Positions 27,832-38,225 of a DNA stretch of 64,000 nucleotides are shown one piece after another. Source of the stretch: Candidatus Aminicenantales bacterium (GTDB lineage Bacteria > Acidobacteriota > Aminicenantia > Aminicenantales > UBA4085); the NCBI GenBank assembly GCA_049515535.1, contig JBEKTZ010000006.1, positions 62,001 through 126,000 on the forward strand, written 5' to 3'. The notes under the pieces were generated by a model. That model saw only the letters and a list, made by a program, of their open reading frames with translations, searched no databases and was not told the origin of the DNA. The first letter of the stretch is position 1. Every line of letters begins with the position of its first letter. Position numbers and translations under genes: made by a program.

Positions 27832-28971
27832 TCAGCGGAAGGACACTATGAATTGGACGATCTCCGAGACGCTGCCGGTCCTGACCGGCATGCCCCAGGT
27901 CCCGACCCCGCAGGTGATGTAATACTGCGTTTTCCCCCGGCGCCAATAGCCCCAGTTTTGCTCGTACATCCTTTTGTTGATGAGGTTGATGGGGAAAAGC
28001 TGGCCGGCATGGGTGTGGCCCGAAACCTGGAGATCGATTCCGTTTTGCTCCGCTTCCTCAAGATGGAAAGGCTGATGGTCCATCAGAATCAGGGGCAGGC
28101 TTTTGTCCATCCCTTGCAAGATTTCGCCGAGCGGCTTCCGGCCGTCGCTCACACGCTCGGCCGAGCGGTCCTTGCGGCCTATGAGGTAAAAGGCTTCGTC
28201 GATCTTGACGAATTCGTCCTGCAAAACCCTGACCTTGGCCTTGGACAAATAGGCGAGGTTCTTGGCCAATCCGCCGTAATATTCATGATTGCCGGTCACG
28301 GCGAACACGCCCAGCGGAGCTCGGATAGTCTGGAGCGTGACGACCATTTTGTCCTCTTCGCTCGGGGAGATGACGATATCCACGATGTCTCCGGCGAGGA
28401 GGACGAGGTCCGGCTCGAGACCGTTGATCTTGGCTACGATCTTTTTCAGATGACCGTCGCCAAAGAACGCGCCGAGATGGATGTCGGAGACCATGACGAT
28501 ATTCAACCGCTCCAGTGTTCCGGCTTTTTTCTCGATGGTCAGGTCAAGCCTGCGGACCCTGGGATGAACGGCGGCCATAATACCGCCGATGAGGACCAGA
28601 GCTATGACTCCCAGGACGGCCCAGAATGAAATGAACGCGGCCTTTTGTGGATTCCCGGCGATGCCCCCCGGGAAAATGTGGAATAGGGCATTGGCTAGGC
28701 GGAGCAAGTCGATGATGAGGAGCAGAAAAAAAGCATAAATCAGCGCCGCGATAAAGATCCCGCCCACATAACTGAGGAAGGTCGTCAGGAACTGGGGCAG
28801 GATTCGTGTGGCCAGGCGGCTGAGCGGATAGGAAAGAACGAAAAAGATCGCGATCCCAAGGAAGATCCATCGTGCGGTCTGAGCGCCGGCCAAGGCCTGC
28901 CAGCCGCGGCGAACGACATAGAGGTTCAGCAGCCCGTAGACGATGAGCATGGTTATGAAATAGCGGCTCAT
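27832..28971 (-). CDS. Membrane-anchored metallophosphoesterase (YkuE-like)
   Basis: SDIH, GD.VD, GNHE, DHQP, GHTH; four N-terminal TMs; start uncertain. Confidence 0.9.
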   Translation of the reverse strand: MSRYFITMLIVYGLLNLYVVRRGWQALAGAQTARWIFLGIAIFFVLSYPLSRLATRILPQFLTTFLSYVGGIFIAALIYAFFLLLIIDLLRLANALFHIFPGGIAGNPQKAAFISFWAVLGVIALVLIGGIMAAVHPRVRRLDLTIEKKAGTLERLNIVMVSDIHLGAFFGDGHLKKIVAKINGLEPDLVLLAGDIVDIVISPSEEDKMVVTLQTIRAPLGVFAVTGNHEYYGGLAKNLAYLSKAKVRVLQDEFVKIDEAFYLIGRKDRSAERVSDGRKPLGEILQGMDKSLPLILMDHQPFHLEEAEQNGIDLQVSGHTHAGQLFPINLINKRMYEQNWGYWRRGKTQYYITCGVGTWGMPVRTGSVSEIVQFIVSFR

Positions 28972-29147
28972 TTTCGAAATCCTCATTCGATTTTGGAGTC
29001 TTTCAATATAAATCAAAAGGCCGGCTCATTCCATCCTAAAAATTACAAGTATTGTGGCTCCCTATTTTCGATATCGAACGCGGTTTGCAAGACCCGGCCG
29101 CGTCAAGAAATCGCCAAGAAGGCGATTTTCTGCTAGAATTCAATAAA

Positions 29148-29627
29148 ATGTTCAACATCAATAGATTCAGCATAGGCGCCACGGCGGCCATTACCACCAG
29201 CATGGGCTTGATTGCGGGATTGACTCAAGGAGACGGCGCAAAAACAAGCATCATTACCGGCCTTTTGATAATCGCGATCGCGGATAATATCTCCGACTCT
29301 TTAGGTATCCATATCTATAAAGAATCGGAGGGAGCTTCCAGGCGAGACATTAAATCATTCACATATGGAAATTTTATCGTCAGGTTAATTCTGGCATTCA
29401 CTTTCGTATTGATCGTTTTGTCACTTCCTTCGTACATCGCTCTCGTCGTTTCTTCAATCTGGGGTTTGGTTTTACTCACGATCTTAAGCTATCTCATCGC
29501 AAAAAATAAGAAAACAAGTCCAGTTTTAGAGATCGTATGGCACTTGATCATTGCCTTGATCGTTATTGCCGGAAGTAAACTTCTGGGCAATTTCATTTTA
29601 AAGAGGATCATTTTGAAATTGAAATAA
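29148..29627 (+). CDS. VIT1/CCC1-like membrane protein
   Basis: AIADNISDSLGIHIYKESE motif; ~5 TMs; AT-rich. Confidence 0.65.
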   Translation: MFNINRFSIGATAAITTSMGLIAGLTQGDGAKTSIITGLLIIAIADNISDSLGIHIYKESEGASRRDIKSFTYGNFIVRLILAFTFVLIVLSLPSYIALVVSSIWGLVLLTILSYLIAKNKKTSPVLEIVWHLIIALIVIAGSKLLGNFILKRIILKLK

Positions 29628-29663
29628 GACAGCTTCCTTTCATAAACGGGGAGGAACGAGCGA

Positions 29664-31391
29664 ATGTCAAAAAATAATCTTCGCGTCTTCATCGGCGCGC
29701 TGCTTGTCGCCCTTGGCGCGGTGGGCGTGGCCGCGTGCTCGCACTCGAAGGCCCCCGCCGATCCTGATTTCGATCTTGTCATTTCTAACGGACACGTCGT
29801 CGACGGCACCGGCTCCCCGTGGTTCCGCGGCGACGTTGGGATTCAGGGGGACCGGATCAAAGCGATTGGCGATTTGAGGTCAGTATCGACGCGAACCCGA
29901 ATCGACGCCGCTGACCTTGTCATTGCGCCGGGTTTTATCGATATGCTGGGTCAGTCCGAGTTCAGCTTGCTGGTCGACAACCGCGCTGTCAGCAAGATCA
30001 CTCAGGGCATAACGACAGAGGTGACGGGCGAAGGAACGTCGATTGCTCCGGTCAATGATCGGATGATCGAAGAGGCGTCACCCATGTACAAACACTTCGG
30101 CGTGATAGCCGACTGGAGGACGTTAGCGGAGTATTTCAGGCGATTGGACGAAAGCACCCACCCGGCGATCAACCTCGCCACGTTCGTCGGAGCGGGCGGC
30201 CTGCGCCATTACGTGATAGGCGAGGAAGACCGGCCGGCCACGCCCCAAGAACTGGAACAGATGAAGAAGCTCGTAGCCGAGGCCATGGAGCAGGGTGCGC
30301 TCGGCCTGAGTTCTTCTCTGCAATACATGCCGGACCGTTTTGCGACGACCGATGAGCTCATCGCCCTGGCCGGCGTCGCGGCGCAATACGGCGGCATCTA
30401 TCTCACGCACCAGCGCTCGGAAGGAAACAAGATCTTCGAGTCTCTCCAGGAGGTCTTCACTATCGCGGAGAAAGCCCACATTCCCGCTGAGATCTGGCAT
30501 CTGAAGGTCGCCTATAAGGCCAATTGGAGCAAAATGGCCGAGGTGCTCGCCCGAATGGATGCCGCCCGCGAGAACGGTCTCGACATTACGGCGAACCAAT
30601 ATCCTTACATCCGGGCGTCCAATGGTCTCGATGCCTGCCTGCCGCTTTGGGTTCGCGAAGGCGGGTTTGACAAGATGCTTCCGCGCCTGAAGGATCGCGT
30701 GCAGCGCGAACGCATTAAAAAGGAGATGGAGGATCCGGCTGTCACCACTTGGGAGAACCAGTGGTATGGGTCCGGGGGTGGGGACGGTATTCTGCTCGTC
30801 TCGGTCCTCAATCAGGATTTGAAGAAATATGAAGGGATGAATCTCACCGAGATCGGCAAGCAACTCGGCAAGGACCCCCGTGACGTCGTCATGGATTTTG
30901 TCATTGCCGATAAAGGGCAGTGCTCCTGCGTCACTTCGATTATGAACGAAGATGATGTGCGGACGGCCCTGAGACACCCGTTTGTCTCAGTCTGTACCGA
31001 CTCGGAGGCGAGGGCGGAAGACGGGCTGTTGTCTGAATCGAAGTCTCATCCGCGTGCGTGGGGCACGTTCCCGCGCATTCTCGGCAAATACGTCCGTGAC
31101 GAAAAGCTGCTGAGGCTTGAAGAAGCCATCCGAAAGATGACCTCGCTCCCCGCGTCCCGCGTGGGGCTCCGCGACCGGGGGATTCTCAGGCCGGGGATGA
31201 TGGCGGATGTGGTGGTTTTCGATCCGGTCACGATCCGGGACGTGGCGACCTTCGAAGATCCAAACCACTGCTCGGTCGGCATGAAATACGTGTTCGTCAA
31301 TGGCCAGGCGGTCGTTGCGGAAGGCAAGGTTACCTCGAAGCGGCCGGGCCGTGCCCTGCGCGGGCCGGGATACGATCGAAATTTTCAGTAA
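29664..31391 (+). CDS. N-acyl-D-amino-acid deacylase family amidohydrolase (probable lipoprotein)
   Basis: VVDGTG, APGFID, HQRSEG, HLK, HPRAWGTFPR, MTSLPA; AAC lipobox. Confidence 0.9.
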   Translation: MSKNNLRVFIGALLVALGAVGVAACSHSKAPADPDFDLVISNGHVVDGTGSPWFRGDVGIQGDRIKAIGDLRSVSTRTRIDAADLVIAPGFIDMLGQSEFSLLVDNRAVSKITQGITTEVTGEGTSIAPVNDRMIEEASPMYKHFGVIADWRTLAEYFRRLDESTHPAINLATFVGAGGLRHYVIGEEDRPATPQELEQMKKLVAEAMEQGALGLSSSLQYMPDRFATTDELIALAGVAAQYGGIYLTHQRSEGNKIFESLQEVFTIAEKAHIPAEIWHLKVAYKANWSKMAEVLARMDAARENGLDITANQYPYIRASNGLDACLPLWVREGGFDKMLPRLKDRVQRERIKKEMEDPAVTTWENQWYGSGGGDGILLVSVLNQDLKKYEGMNLTEIGKQLGKDPRDVVMDFVIADKGQCSCVTSIMNEDDVRTALRHPFVSVCTDSEARAEDGLLSESKSHPRAWGTFPRILGKYVRDEKLLRLEEAIRKMTSLPASRVGLRDRGILRPGMMADVVVFDPVTIRDVATFEDPNHCSVGMKYVFVNGQAVVAEGKVTSKRPGRALRGPGYDRNFQ

Positions 31392-31392
31392 G

Positions 31393-33321
31393 ATGCGGGG
31401 CATCCTGATTCGACGCCTGCCGGCAGCGGTTCTTTGCGGAGTATTGGGTTTTCTTTCACCCAAGGCGGAAGCTTCCTCGTCTGAAATTTACCGGCTCAAA
31501 GTTTCGTTGACCACGACCTCTGATTGGACATCCGTGGATTTCAAGGACGTCCCCATGGGAGCGTTCATCAGCGAGATTAAAGAAGGTTCGAACGCGCCGA
31601 ACCTATGGATCGATAAAGGCCCTAATTTGGGGATCGCGAAAACGAGCTATGATCAAACCAAAGTCGTGATCGATTTCGAAGTCTATATCGATCTTGAAGG
31701 CTATCAACAAACTTTCCTGACACTTGGAATCAGCAAGGGTTGGCTGAACTCCACGAACGTCGTTCTCTTCAATCAAAATTCGACGTCGGCCGTGCTCATC
31801 GCAAGTTACGCGCACGAAGGCGTGGCCGACCCAAACGACCCGGCCAACAGGAAAGAATTCAATGTCCCTTTGGACAAAATCACCGAGGGAGGGCCGCTGC
31901 CGTCTCGTTCCTATGAGAAGACAGTTTTGTCTTTCTACTATCCTTGGTTCGGCACCCCTTGGGGGCCGACGGGCTATTGGCATCAATGGATACCGAGCCT
32001 GCCGCGCTATGGCTCCGCTCATACGCCGTATTACGGCTTCTATGACTCCTTGGATGAGACGACCATTCGACGCCATATCCAAGAGGCGCGTGAGGCCGGA
32101 ATCGACGGGTTGGTGGTTTCCTGGTGGGGGCGCGATTCCTTTGAAGACCGGGCGTTCAAAAAAATTCTGCCTATCGCCGAAGAAGCGTTCTTTCCGATCA
32201 CCATCTACTACGAAGCGGCCGATAACATCCATCAGGTTACCGATGACATTCAATACCTTATCCAACAGTATGGCCAGAGCCCGAGTTTTTTCAAAGAAGG
32301 GGATGTCCCGGTCATTTTTATCTACGGGCGGGTCATCCTGAAATTCAGAAAAGAAGAATGGGAATCCTTGTTTCAAAGCTTGGACCAAAAACGCATACGC
32401 TGCTTTCTCGTGGCCGACGGGCTATGGAATTACCACCTGGGGGACGACAGCTTGGAATTTCTCTTTGAACTTTTTCAGGGTGTTCACGCCTATATCCCCA
32501 TCTCGCTCGACGAGATATCGCTCCGCGACATGAATGTCGTGAACTCGCTTCGGGCCAAAGGAAGGAACGTACTCTTCGCGGCCACGGTCGTCCCCGGCTT
32601 CGACAATACCCCGACCCATGATCCAGGCTTCAAGCGAGAGCGGCAGGATGGAGCCTATTATCGCCAGGGATGGAACGCGGCCATGGCCGGCAAACCGGAC
32701 TGGATCCTTGTGACCACGTTTAACGAATGGCATGAGGGGACGGAAATCGAACCAAGCGCGGAGTCAGGAAACCAATATTTGAAATTGACCCTTGAGCTGG
32801 GAAACGTTTGGAATCCCATTAAAAAGCTGAGGATCATGACTCAAGCGGGGGGGACGACGGAGCCGGAGCCGGGGACGTATTCTTTTGACCTGGGACATGA
32901 AGCGACTGTCACAGCCGTGCCCGACCTCTATTACGATTTAAAAAGCTGGAGCGGAGACGCAACAGGGAGGACGAATCCGATCACTATTACTCTTAATATG
33001 AATAAGCTCATCATGGCGAATTTCATCAAAATAAATGCGCCTTTAAATTTTGTCGTCCGGCGCGTGTTGAATCGTTCCCTGGCTCAAACCGAATATATCA
33101 ATGTTCTGACTTGGGACGCCAATCCGGCTAATGAAGATATCGCAAGTTATAGGGTTTATCTCGTCGAGGAAGACCAAAAAACATTGCTCGCGACATTGGG
33201 TTCGGGAGATTTTATATACCAGCATCGAAAAACGGACAAGAATAAGGCGTATACGTATTGGATCGTCGCGGTCGGCAGCTCGTCGAGAGAAGGCGAGCCT
33301 GCGGTCGTGACGTTCGAATGA
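31393..33321 (+). CDS. Secreted GH99/GH71-like glycoside hydrolase with C-terminal beta-repeat and FN3-like domains
   Basis: FYYPWF, GFYDS, AGIDG..VSWW, VPGFDN, TTFNEWHEGTEIEP. Confidence 0.8.
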   Translation: MRGILIRRLPAAVLCGVLGFLSPKAEASSSEIYRLKVSLTTTSDWTSVDFKDVPMGAFISEIKEGSNAPNLWIDKGPNLGIAKTSYDQTKVVIDFEVYIDLEGYQQTFLTLGISKGWLNSTNVVLFNQNSTSAVLIASYAHEGVADPNDPANRKEFNVPLDKITEGGPLPSRSYEKTVLSFYYPWFGTPWGPTGYWHQWIPSLPRYGSAHTPYYGFYDSLDETTIRRHIQEAREAGIDGLVVSWWGRDSFEDRAFKKILPIAEEAFFPITIYYEAADNIHQVTDDIQYLIQQYGQSPSFFKEGDVPVIFIYGRVILKFRKEEWESLFQSLDQKRIRCFLVADGLWNYHLGDDSLEFLFELFQGVHAYIPISLDEISLRDMNVVNSLRAKGRNVLFAATVVPGFDNTPTHDPGFKRERQDGAYYRQGWNAAMAGKPDWILVTTFNEWHEGTEIEPSAESGNQYLKLTLELGNVWNPIKKLRIMTQAGGTTEPEPGTYSFDLGHEATVTAVPDLYYDLKSWSGDATGRTNPITITLNMNKLIMANFIKINAPLNFVVRRVLNRSLAQTEYINVLTWDANPANEDIASYRVYLVEEDQKTLLATLGSGDFIYQHRKTDKNKAYTYWIVAVGSSSREGEPAVVTFE

Positions 33322-33364
33322 AAATTGTCCGGACCTGTTTTTGGGAATCGCTCACTGGCGGGGT

Positions 33365-33886
33365 TCACCAAGACCTGACCGGCCCCGTGTCGATCTGGAT
33401 GAAATCGGAACTCCGATAGTAGCCGGTCCCTCCCCGGTTCATGGACTTGGCGATGTCATAAAGCTTCTTGGTGTCGACGCCGGGCAAGCGGATGTCGATG
33501 GCGCGGCCCTTCGTATGCAGGCTTCCCAGGGCTACCCCGCTGGTGCGGTTGTGGAGCATGGTGTTCGTTTGAGGCGAGCGATAGCCGCAGACGATATGGA
33601 CCTCTTGATGATATCCGGTTTTTTCCAGCAGATCATAGAGAAAATCGAGGAGACCGGGGTCTATCGGATGTTCCTCGCCGCCGATGGTATCCCGCAGAAT
33701 GTGGTTGATCTTGGCGAGCGCCGCTGGAGCGTAGTCCTTACCGCGTCGATAAATCACGGTGAGGTGCTCTTGAGAATGGGTATTGAAAAAAGCGAGGGTG
33801 CGATCTTGCCCAGACCCCGGCGCTTGGGCCGCCGCGGCCATAACCAGGAGGAACATCACGCCGGCTGGTGCCAAAGCCCGACCCAA
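33365..33886 (-). CDS. YcbK/MepK (DUF882, peptidase M15) family protein
   Basis: NTH..E.L, IDP.L.D, GYRSP.TN, SLH..GRAID, DTGPVRSW. Confidence 0.88.
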   Translation of the reverse strand: MGRALAPAGVMFLLVMAAAAQAPGSGQDRTLAFFNTHSQEHLTVIYRRGKDYAPAALAKINHILRDTIGGEEHPIDPGLLDFLYDLLEKTGYHQEVHIVCGYRSPQTNTMLHNRTSGVALGSLHTKGRAIDIRLPGVDTKKLYDIAKSMNRGGTGYYRSSDFIQIDTGPVRSW

Positions 33887-33901
33887 AGCCTGTCGAAGAA
33901 A

Positions 33902-34117
33902 TCAGGCCGCCGGGTTCTGTTTTTTCTTCGTCGAAATCTTGAACGGCATGTACAGCGGACAAACCCCGAAGCTGCTCGTCCCGACGAAAATGACCGCCAG
34001 GACGCCCAAAATGAACGCGCCCGTCCCGGTGATTTGTTTCGTGAAGTAGAGAACCGCAATCACGACGGCCAAGATGAGCCGGATGATCCGATCAACCAAA
34101 CCCATGTTCGTTTTCAT
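33902..34117 (-). CDS. DUF2892 (YgaP-like) small membrane protein
   Basis: MKTNMGLVDRIIR, CPLY.PFKIST; AAGGAG RBS. Confidence 0.88.
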   Translation of the reverse strand: MKTNMGLVDRIIRLILAVVIAVLYFTKQITGTGAFILGVLAVIFVGTSSFGVCPLYMPFKISTKKKQNPAA

Positions 34118-34263
34118 GCCGCGCTCCTTTCCTGAGATGCCGAAATTCTGAGTCATAATATAACACACTTCTTATATGATCGCTGAATCATGGGGAGACA
34201 CAGGACCTGTTTCCTTGACAAAAATGGCCCGACGCCGCTGGTAGCCGTTTCTCTTGATCGATA

Positions 34264-35784
34264 TTATTTCCAGATACAGCGCGCGACCGAATAAGCCGGG
34301 AGATCGATGTGAAGCGATGATGTGACCGCTGACACCGTCGCCGCCTTCTTTTCGTATTCCCAGAGCGCTCCCGCGCTCACGATCTCGACCGTTTCGGGCA
34401 CTTTCCCGTCGCGAAGGGAGGTCAGGTCGAGGATGCGGTTTTTTGCGGAGGCGTTATCGATGATGAGCGTCGTCTTTTCGGCGGCCGTGAAGAGACCACC
34501 TTCGATCTCGTAGTAGCGCTCGTGTTTGGCGTTGGCACCATCGATCCGCGATGCGTTTTGCTCGGTCATCCGCTGGAATGCCGCGCCGCCGTTGGCCGCT
34601 TCGTTGAGCCAGCCCAGGGCGACCGGGACTGGAAGCGGAGCAAAATTCCCGTGGCCGACGGGGACGTAGGAGTTGAAGGTGGTGCCGAAGGTGAACATGA
34701 AATACAGCGAGACCGTGACGGTGTCATGGCGAAGGAGCGCGAGCGCGGTGCGCGTGCACAGGTGAAGCAGCATCGGCGGCGTGACGGGGTCGATCTTCTC
34801 TTTCGCGATAACGCTTGCCCCGCGCGGGCTCCATTCGGTGACCCATATCTGTTTTCCCGGCAAGCGCTTCTCAAGCGCGTCGATAACGGTGTCGACACCT
34901 TCATCGGCGTGCGCCATCAGGGCCTTGAATAACGCGGGGGATGTCGAGGGCGAGGGGTGTTCGGAGAGCACGTCAGCCCGTCCGGTGACCGTATTAAGGC
35001 GCGGGTACAGATGTATCGTCACGGCGTCGAACCAGGTCTCGGGTTTCAGCGAATCATCCCACGAACGCAGCCGTTCGGCATAGCGGTTATGCTCGTCGTC
35101 GCCGAGGTCGAATGACCCCGGCGACGCCTGCACGGCGATCTTGGCGTCGTTGGGAAGATAAGGGCGAAGAGCTTCACAATATTCGCGCATGATCTTCATC
35201 GACGTCTCCGCGTTTGGCCAGCGCTTTAAGACGTTCGGGTCCATGACCATCGCAATGTAGAACTCGTTGCCGAGCTCGATATGCGACGGCACGATGTTCA
35301 ATTCCTTAAGATGCTTGAACCATGCGATCTGCTCCTCGATCGTCGAGGTCTCGAGGTTGGGGACAAATATGACGTCGGCGCCGATCGCGTCGTTGAAGGG
35401 CTTATACGCTTCGTACGTGACGCCATCCGGGAACCCTCGCGCGATCTTTGGTGCGACGGTCGCCCAGTATTTCGTATATGTGGAACTGTTAGGAGAGGCG
35501 TTGACGACAGGGACGCCTTTGCGCCAGTCGTAATAGTTCGCATCGCTCCCGCCGGGAAAGCGGGTGAAGGCGAGGTGGAGCGTTTTGAGGATGTCTTGCT
35601 TTTGCGTATTGGCGAGAAGATGCTCGAAAAACGGCGCGATGCTTGCGCCCAAGATCCGCGCGGGCAGTATGCGCGGCGAGCCCGATGCGACAAGCGCGAG
35701 CGGCTTCGGCGCATCCGTGGAGAATAGATGTGTTACGGCGGCGAGAAGAATGACGGGGATAAGAAAACGCGAAGGACGGCTCAA
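34264..35784 (-). CDS. Secreted clan GH-A glycoside hydrolase (GH79/GH51-like)
   Basis: RFPGGS, IELGNE (acid/base), IHLY, IWVTEW (nucleophile), LPAYSV C-terminus. Confidence 0.7.
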   Translation of the reverse strand: MSRPSRFLIPVILLAAVTHLFSTDAPKPLALVASGSPRILPARILGASIAPFFEHLLANTQKQDILKTLHLAFTRFPGGSDANYYDWRKGVPVVNASPNSSTYTKYWATVAPKIARGFPDGVTYEAYKPFNDAIGADVIFVPNLETSTIEEQIAWFKHLKELNIVPSHIELGNEFYIAMVMDPNVLKRWPNAETSMKIMREYCEALRPYLPNDAKIAVQASPGSFDLGDDEHNRYAERLRSWDDSLKPETWFDAVTIHLYPRLNTVTGRADVLSEHPSPSTSPALFKALMAHADEGVDTVIDALEKRLPGKQIWVTEWSPRGASVIAKEKIDPVTPPMLLHLCTRTALALLRHDTVTVSLYFMFTFGTTFNSYVPVGHGNFAPLPVPVALGWLNEAANGGAAFQRMTEQNASRIDGANAKHERYYEIEGGLFTAAEKTTLIIDNASAKNRILDLTSLRDGKVPETVEIVSAGALWEYEKKAATVSAVTSSLHIDLPAYSVARCIWK

Positions 35785-36470
35785 AGAGTTCCCGGGTCTT
35801 TCTTTTTCTTCTGCTCTAAAATCGGGCCGCTTTGGTCCCCGTTGTTATTGTAGCCTTGGGTTTCCCAATAACCGCGGTAATTCGGGTCGTTCGACAGTTC
35901 GATCTTCGTCACCCACTTGGCCCATTTGTAGCCCCATTTGTCCTCCGCGACGACCAGGAACGGGAAGCCCCGTTCATCGGGCAGAGGGATGTCGTTCATG
36001 TTGTAGGCCAGAAGGATGTTTTTCTTCGTGATGTAATCGAGCGGCAGGGATGTCGAATAATCGTCATAGGACCTGAAGATGACCGTGTTCGCGGCCGGCT
36101 TGACGCCCGCTTCTCCCAATAAATCCGCGATCGGCACGCCCTCCCAGAGGATCTTCACATCCCAGCCTTCGACGCAGTGAATGACCGTGATTTTCGAAAC
36201 GGCTTTGCGCGACAAAACGTCCCGGTAGGAATAGCTCAAGGATTTATTGACGAGCCCGCTGATTTTCAGGTTGTACTTGGCGATGTCGACGTGCTGCGGC
36301 CCTTTGATGGAGTTCTCCTCGAATTTCCCGATCGGGTCCAGTTTTTCACCCCTGTATTCTTTGACTTCGACCCGCTGGATCTTCTCTTTCGTTTGATCCT
36401 GCGCGCACCCCAGGAACAAGGCCAAACCCGCCGCTATGGCCAGGACGCCGTATTTCCTGTTTATTTTCAA
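35781..36470 (-). CDS. Molybdopterin-dependent oxidoreductase (sulfite oxidase family), lipoprotein
   Basis: IHCVEGW, WEGV, LLAY.MN..LP.ERGFP, GYKWAKWV, GYWE..GY; LGC lipobox; TTG start inferred. Confidence 0.85.
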   Translation of the reverse strand: MKINRKYGVLAIAAGLALFLGCAQDQTKEKIQRVEVKEYRGEKLDPIGKFEENSIKGPQHVDIAKYNLKISGLVNKSLSYSYRDVLSRKAVSKITVIHCVEGWDVKILWEGVPIADLLGEAGVKPAANTVIFRSYDDYSTSLPLDYITKKNILLAYNMNDIPLPDERGFPFLVVAEDKWGYKWAKWVTKIELSNDPNYRGYWETQGYNNNGDQSGPILEQKKKKDPGTL

Positions 36471-36492
36471 AGGACGCGTCCCCCGAAGGATA

Positions 36493-36879
36493 TTATTTTT
36501 CTTGCGGGAAAATGTAGATCGCGATCGCCTTTCCCTTGCGTTCCGGCGATATTCCGAATATCGCCCCCGCGATTTTCGCTCCAGCCGACGGTTCACTCAG
36601 GGCATCCAGGATGATGCCATTGGCCCCAAATTCTCCGGCTTTCTTTTTCATCGCGTCATACATCCCGCTCTCCGTGGTCCACGTCGACGAACCCGTGGCA
36701 TTCAATAAGGCGACTTCTTCATATTTTCCGGGGACCTTATCCGCCGTCAGGTAGATGACGACTTGATCGGCCGGGACGATCGGACGCTGAGGCGCCAGCC
36801 CCAACCTGGTGGCGTCAACGCTGACACATGCGACGAGCGAGACTAAAAGTATAGACAATATCAAAGCTCTTTTGCCCAT
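36493..36879 (-). CDS. Hypothetical lipoprotein
   Basis: AAGGAGG RBS; LVAC lipobox; A..GANGIIL motif. Confidence 0.7.
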   Translation of the reverse strand: MGKRALILSILLVSLVACVSVDATRLGLAPQRPIVPADQVVIYLTADKVPGKYEEVALLNATGSSTWTTESGMYDAMKKKAGEFGANGIILDALSEPSAGAKIAGAIFGISPERKGKAIAIYIFPQEK

Positions 36880-36901
36880 CTTCAAACCTCCTTCTCAAGC
36901 T

Positions 36902-37771
36902 TTAAAAAAACCATTTCTCGAATGTTATATCGTCCATAGACTCACGCGGTTCGGCACCATCCGTGAGGCGGATGTCGGAATAGATTTCCTCGGAGATCAT
37001 CCGGACGCGCTTGATGAATAAAAAACCGCCGTTGACTTTGTACCAGGTCCGTTTGGGAATGAAGACCGGCCCGGCGAAAATTTCGGCCTCCGCCTCGACC
37101 TCGAGTTCTTTGACCATCGAGGGTGTCTCGGAGGGCTTTAAAACCGCCTTGAGGGCATCGCCCGTCTCCGGGTCGATGGTGTAGGTCCCCTCCCAGTTGT
37201 TGGGATCTTTGATTTTGGCTTTGACGTCGAGAAGCACCAACGGGCGGCCGTCGGCGTCTCTCGTCTCCCGGAGGTTGAATATGAACCCGGGTCGTCGTTC
37301 CGGGGCGAAGGGGAGAAGATCCTCGATGCCGCGGGGCATCCGGCGGGGATTCCGATTCCCGGCCTGGGGTTTTGTTTGGGGCTGCGCCGCGCGCCGGGCT
37401 CTATCCTTTTCCCGCTGCACGCGCAGATTGGCGATATATTGAGCGGTGATGTCTTTGGTTCGGCCGTCCTCGGTGACTTCGGCCTTGAGGATCGTTTCTT
37501 CGCGGCGGCCTTTCACGACGGAGACGGTCTTGGTGATGACCGTCGTTTTCTCCGGATTCCATTTCCGATCCGTTTCGATCTTGGTGTTTGTTACGGTCGC
37601 CGTCCAACTTGCCGTCGCGGCATAGGATTCGATCCGGGCCGCGACGCGGTCGAGAAGGGCGCTGATGTCCGCGGGCGTTTGAGCCAAAAGCGGGCAGGAG
37701 GCGGCGATCAGCACGGCCAGAACCGCCGGCCGGAACCAAAAACGCGAGTGTCGAAGGGTCGCTAGCGTCAT
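36902..37771 (-). CDS. Hypothetical secreted protein
   Basis: Signal peptide; start overlaps the upstream stop (ATGA). Confidence 0.65.
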   Translation of the reverse strand: MTLATLRHSRFWFRPAVLAVLIAASCPLLAQTPADISALLDRVAARIESYAATASWTATVTNTKIETDRKWNPEKTTVITKTVSVVKGRREETILKAEVTEDGRTKDITAQYIANLRVQREKDRARRAAQPQTKPQAGNRNPRRMPRGIEDLLPFAPERRPGFIFNLRETRDADGRPLVLLDVKAKIKDPNNWEGTYTIDPETGDALKAVLKPSETPSMVKELEVEAEAEIFAGPVFIPKRTWYKVNGGFLFIKRVRMISEEIYSDIRLTDGAEPRESMDDITFEKWFF

Positions 37772-38028
37772 GTCTTCCATAGGGATACCGCCCACAATAC
37801 GACGAAAATCAGGGCGATTCCGCTGACGACCAGAATAAACGTGCCGGTCGAAATTTTTTGACGGACTTCGGCCGGGAATTCGCTTCTTGGAATTTTCTCG
37901 CAATTCTTGCATTTGAACGCTCCAAATGCGGCGAAGAACATGGCGCCCACCACGCCGGCAGCCAATTGCCCCGAGGTGCTGCGGCCGCGTTGAACAGGTT
38001 CTCCACATCTTGGACATTTGTAGGCCAT
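37768..38028 (-). CDS. Small zinc-ribbon membrane protein
   Basis: CPRC...CKNC plus hydrophobic helices. Confidence 0.65.
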   Translation of the reverse strand: MAYKCPRCGEPVQRGRSTSGQLAAGVVGAMFFAAFGAFKCKNCEKIPRSEFPAEVRQKISTGTFILVVSGIALIFVVLWAVSLWKT

Positions 38029-38225
38029 ATTATTCTTCTCGGCGAATGCTTTGTTTCGAATCCCTCCTCTTGAACACGCGCGAAATATAGCACCGCCCGA
38101 GGCGTGAAGTCAAATGGACGGGAATCAACGCTTGCGCTATGTGTGAGCCCTATTATATCCTCATCCCCGATGACGTCTTAAATAAAAGTCGAATCATGAT
38201 CCAAAGAGGTTCATAAGGTGATCCG

